In this document: in pieces, positions 63,803-64,000 of the stretch
Layout: every line of letters starts with the position of its first letter
Numbering within the stretch: the stretch's first letter is position 1
IMG/VR virus record: IMGVR_UViG_2824317532_000002
Coordinates: 24,871 to 88,870 of that record
Length of the DNA stretch: 64,000 bases
Direction: 5' to 3' (one strand)
Source: a virus
Taxonomy: Duplodnaviria; Caudoviricetes
The notes under the pieces: model-generated
Databases searched by the model: none
What the model was told of the DNA's origin: nothing
Seen by the model: only the letters and a program-made list of their open reading frames with translations
Position numbers and translations under genes: made by a program

Positions 63803-64000
63803 TCAGAGGTCGAACTCGCCGTCCTTGACGCCGCCTACGAACGCGTCCCATTCCTTGAAGTTGAACTTGTGCGGGGGCAGGGTGCGGTCCTTGGTGTCGC
63901 GAACGTAAATGCCGTCCGCAGTGATGGCTACCTCGACGCATGCGCCGTTCCCGGACGACCGCGTCGACTTCTTCCATGGCAGATTGCTCAGGTCGGTCAT
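63803..64000 (-). CDS. DUF397-family protein
   Basis: WKKSTRSSGNGACVEVA...VRDTKD....F..EWDAFVGGVKDGEFD. Confidence 0.92.
   Translation of the reverse strand: MTDLSNLPWKKSTRSSGNGACVEVAITADGIYVRDTKDRTLPPHKFNFKEWDAFVGGVKDGEFDL

Larger units (their letters stand above)
14555..64000. mobile_element. Prophage B, siphovirus related to Streptomyces BD-cluster/L5-like phages; right boundary probably outside the window
   Basis: Serine integrase, full virion module, repressor and replication arm; the 5' half of the disrupted host gene is not seen. Confidence 0.88.

Overview
High-GC actinobacterial chromosome (Micromonosporaceae/Actinoplanes-like by inference) carrying two prophages around a small host island. 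(1) 1-12280: the right end of prophage A, with leftward early/recombination genes (Holliday-junction resolvase, RecT, YqaJ exonuclease), xis, an XRE repressor and a tyrosine integrase next to tRNA-Thr(CGT) at 12354-12427. (2) 12486-14553: a host metallophosphoesterase and the 3' fragment of a PSP1/RicT(YaaT)-family gene cut at about 14553. (3) From about 14555 probably to beyond 64000: prophage B, a siphovirus related to Streptomyces BD-cluster and L5-like phages. It has a serine integrase, a leftward arm (ThyX, DUF5664, HicAB, many small unknowns), a noncoding cos/ori region, a complete head-tail-lysis module, an L5 gp71-like repressor and a rightward replication arm (exonuclease, adenine methylase, SSB, DnaB-like helicase, split primase, class II RNR). 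Two signals are not explained by the ORFs. The first is a set of structured RNAs in intergenic gaps of the early leftward operon: a type II hammerhead ribozyme with a variant core at 26378-26447 and D-armless tRNA-like minihelices at 25877-25924 and 24996-25048. The second is about 18 copies of an asymmetric, transcription-oriented stoperator-like motif GTGTTTAGTC(N)TGNCC that often supplies the stop and start codons at gene junctions. All calls are by eye; no database searches or folding programs were run.
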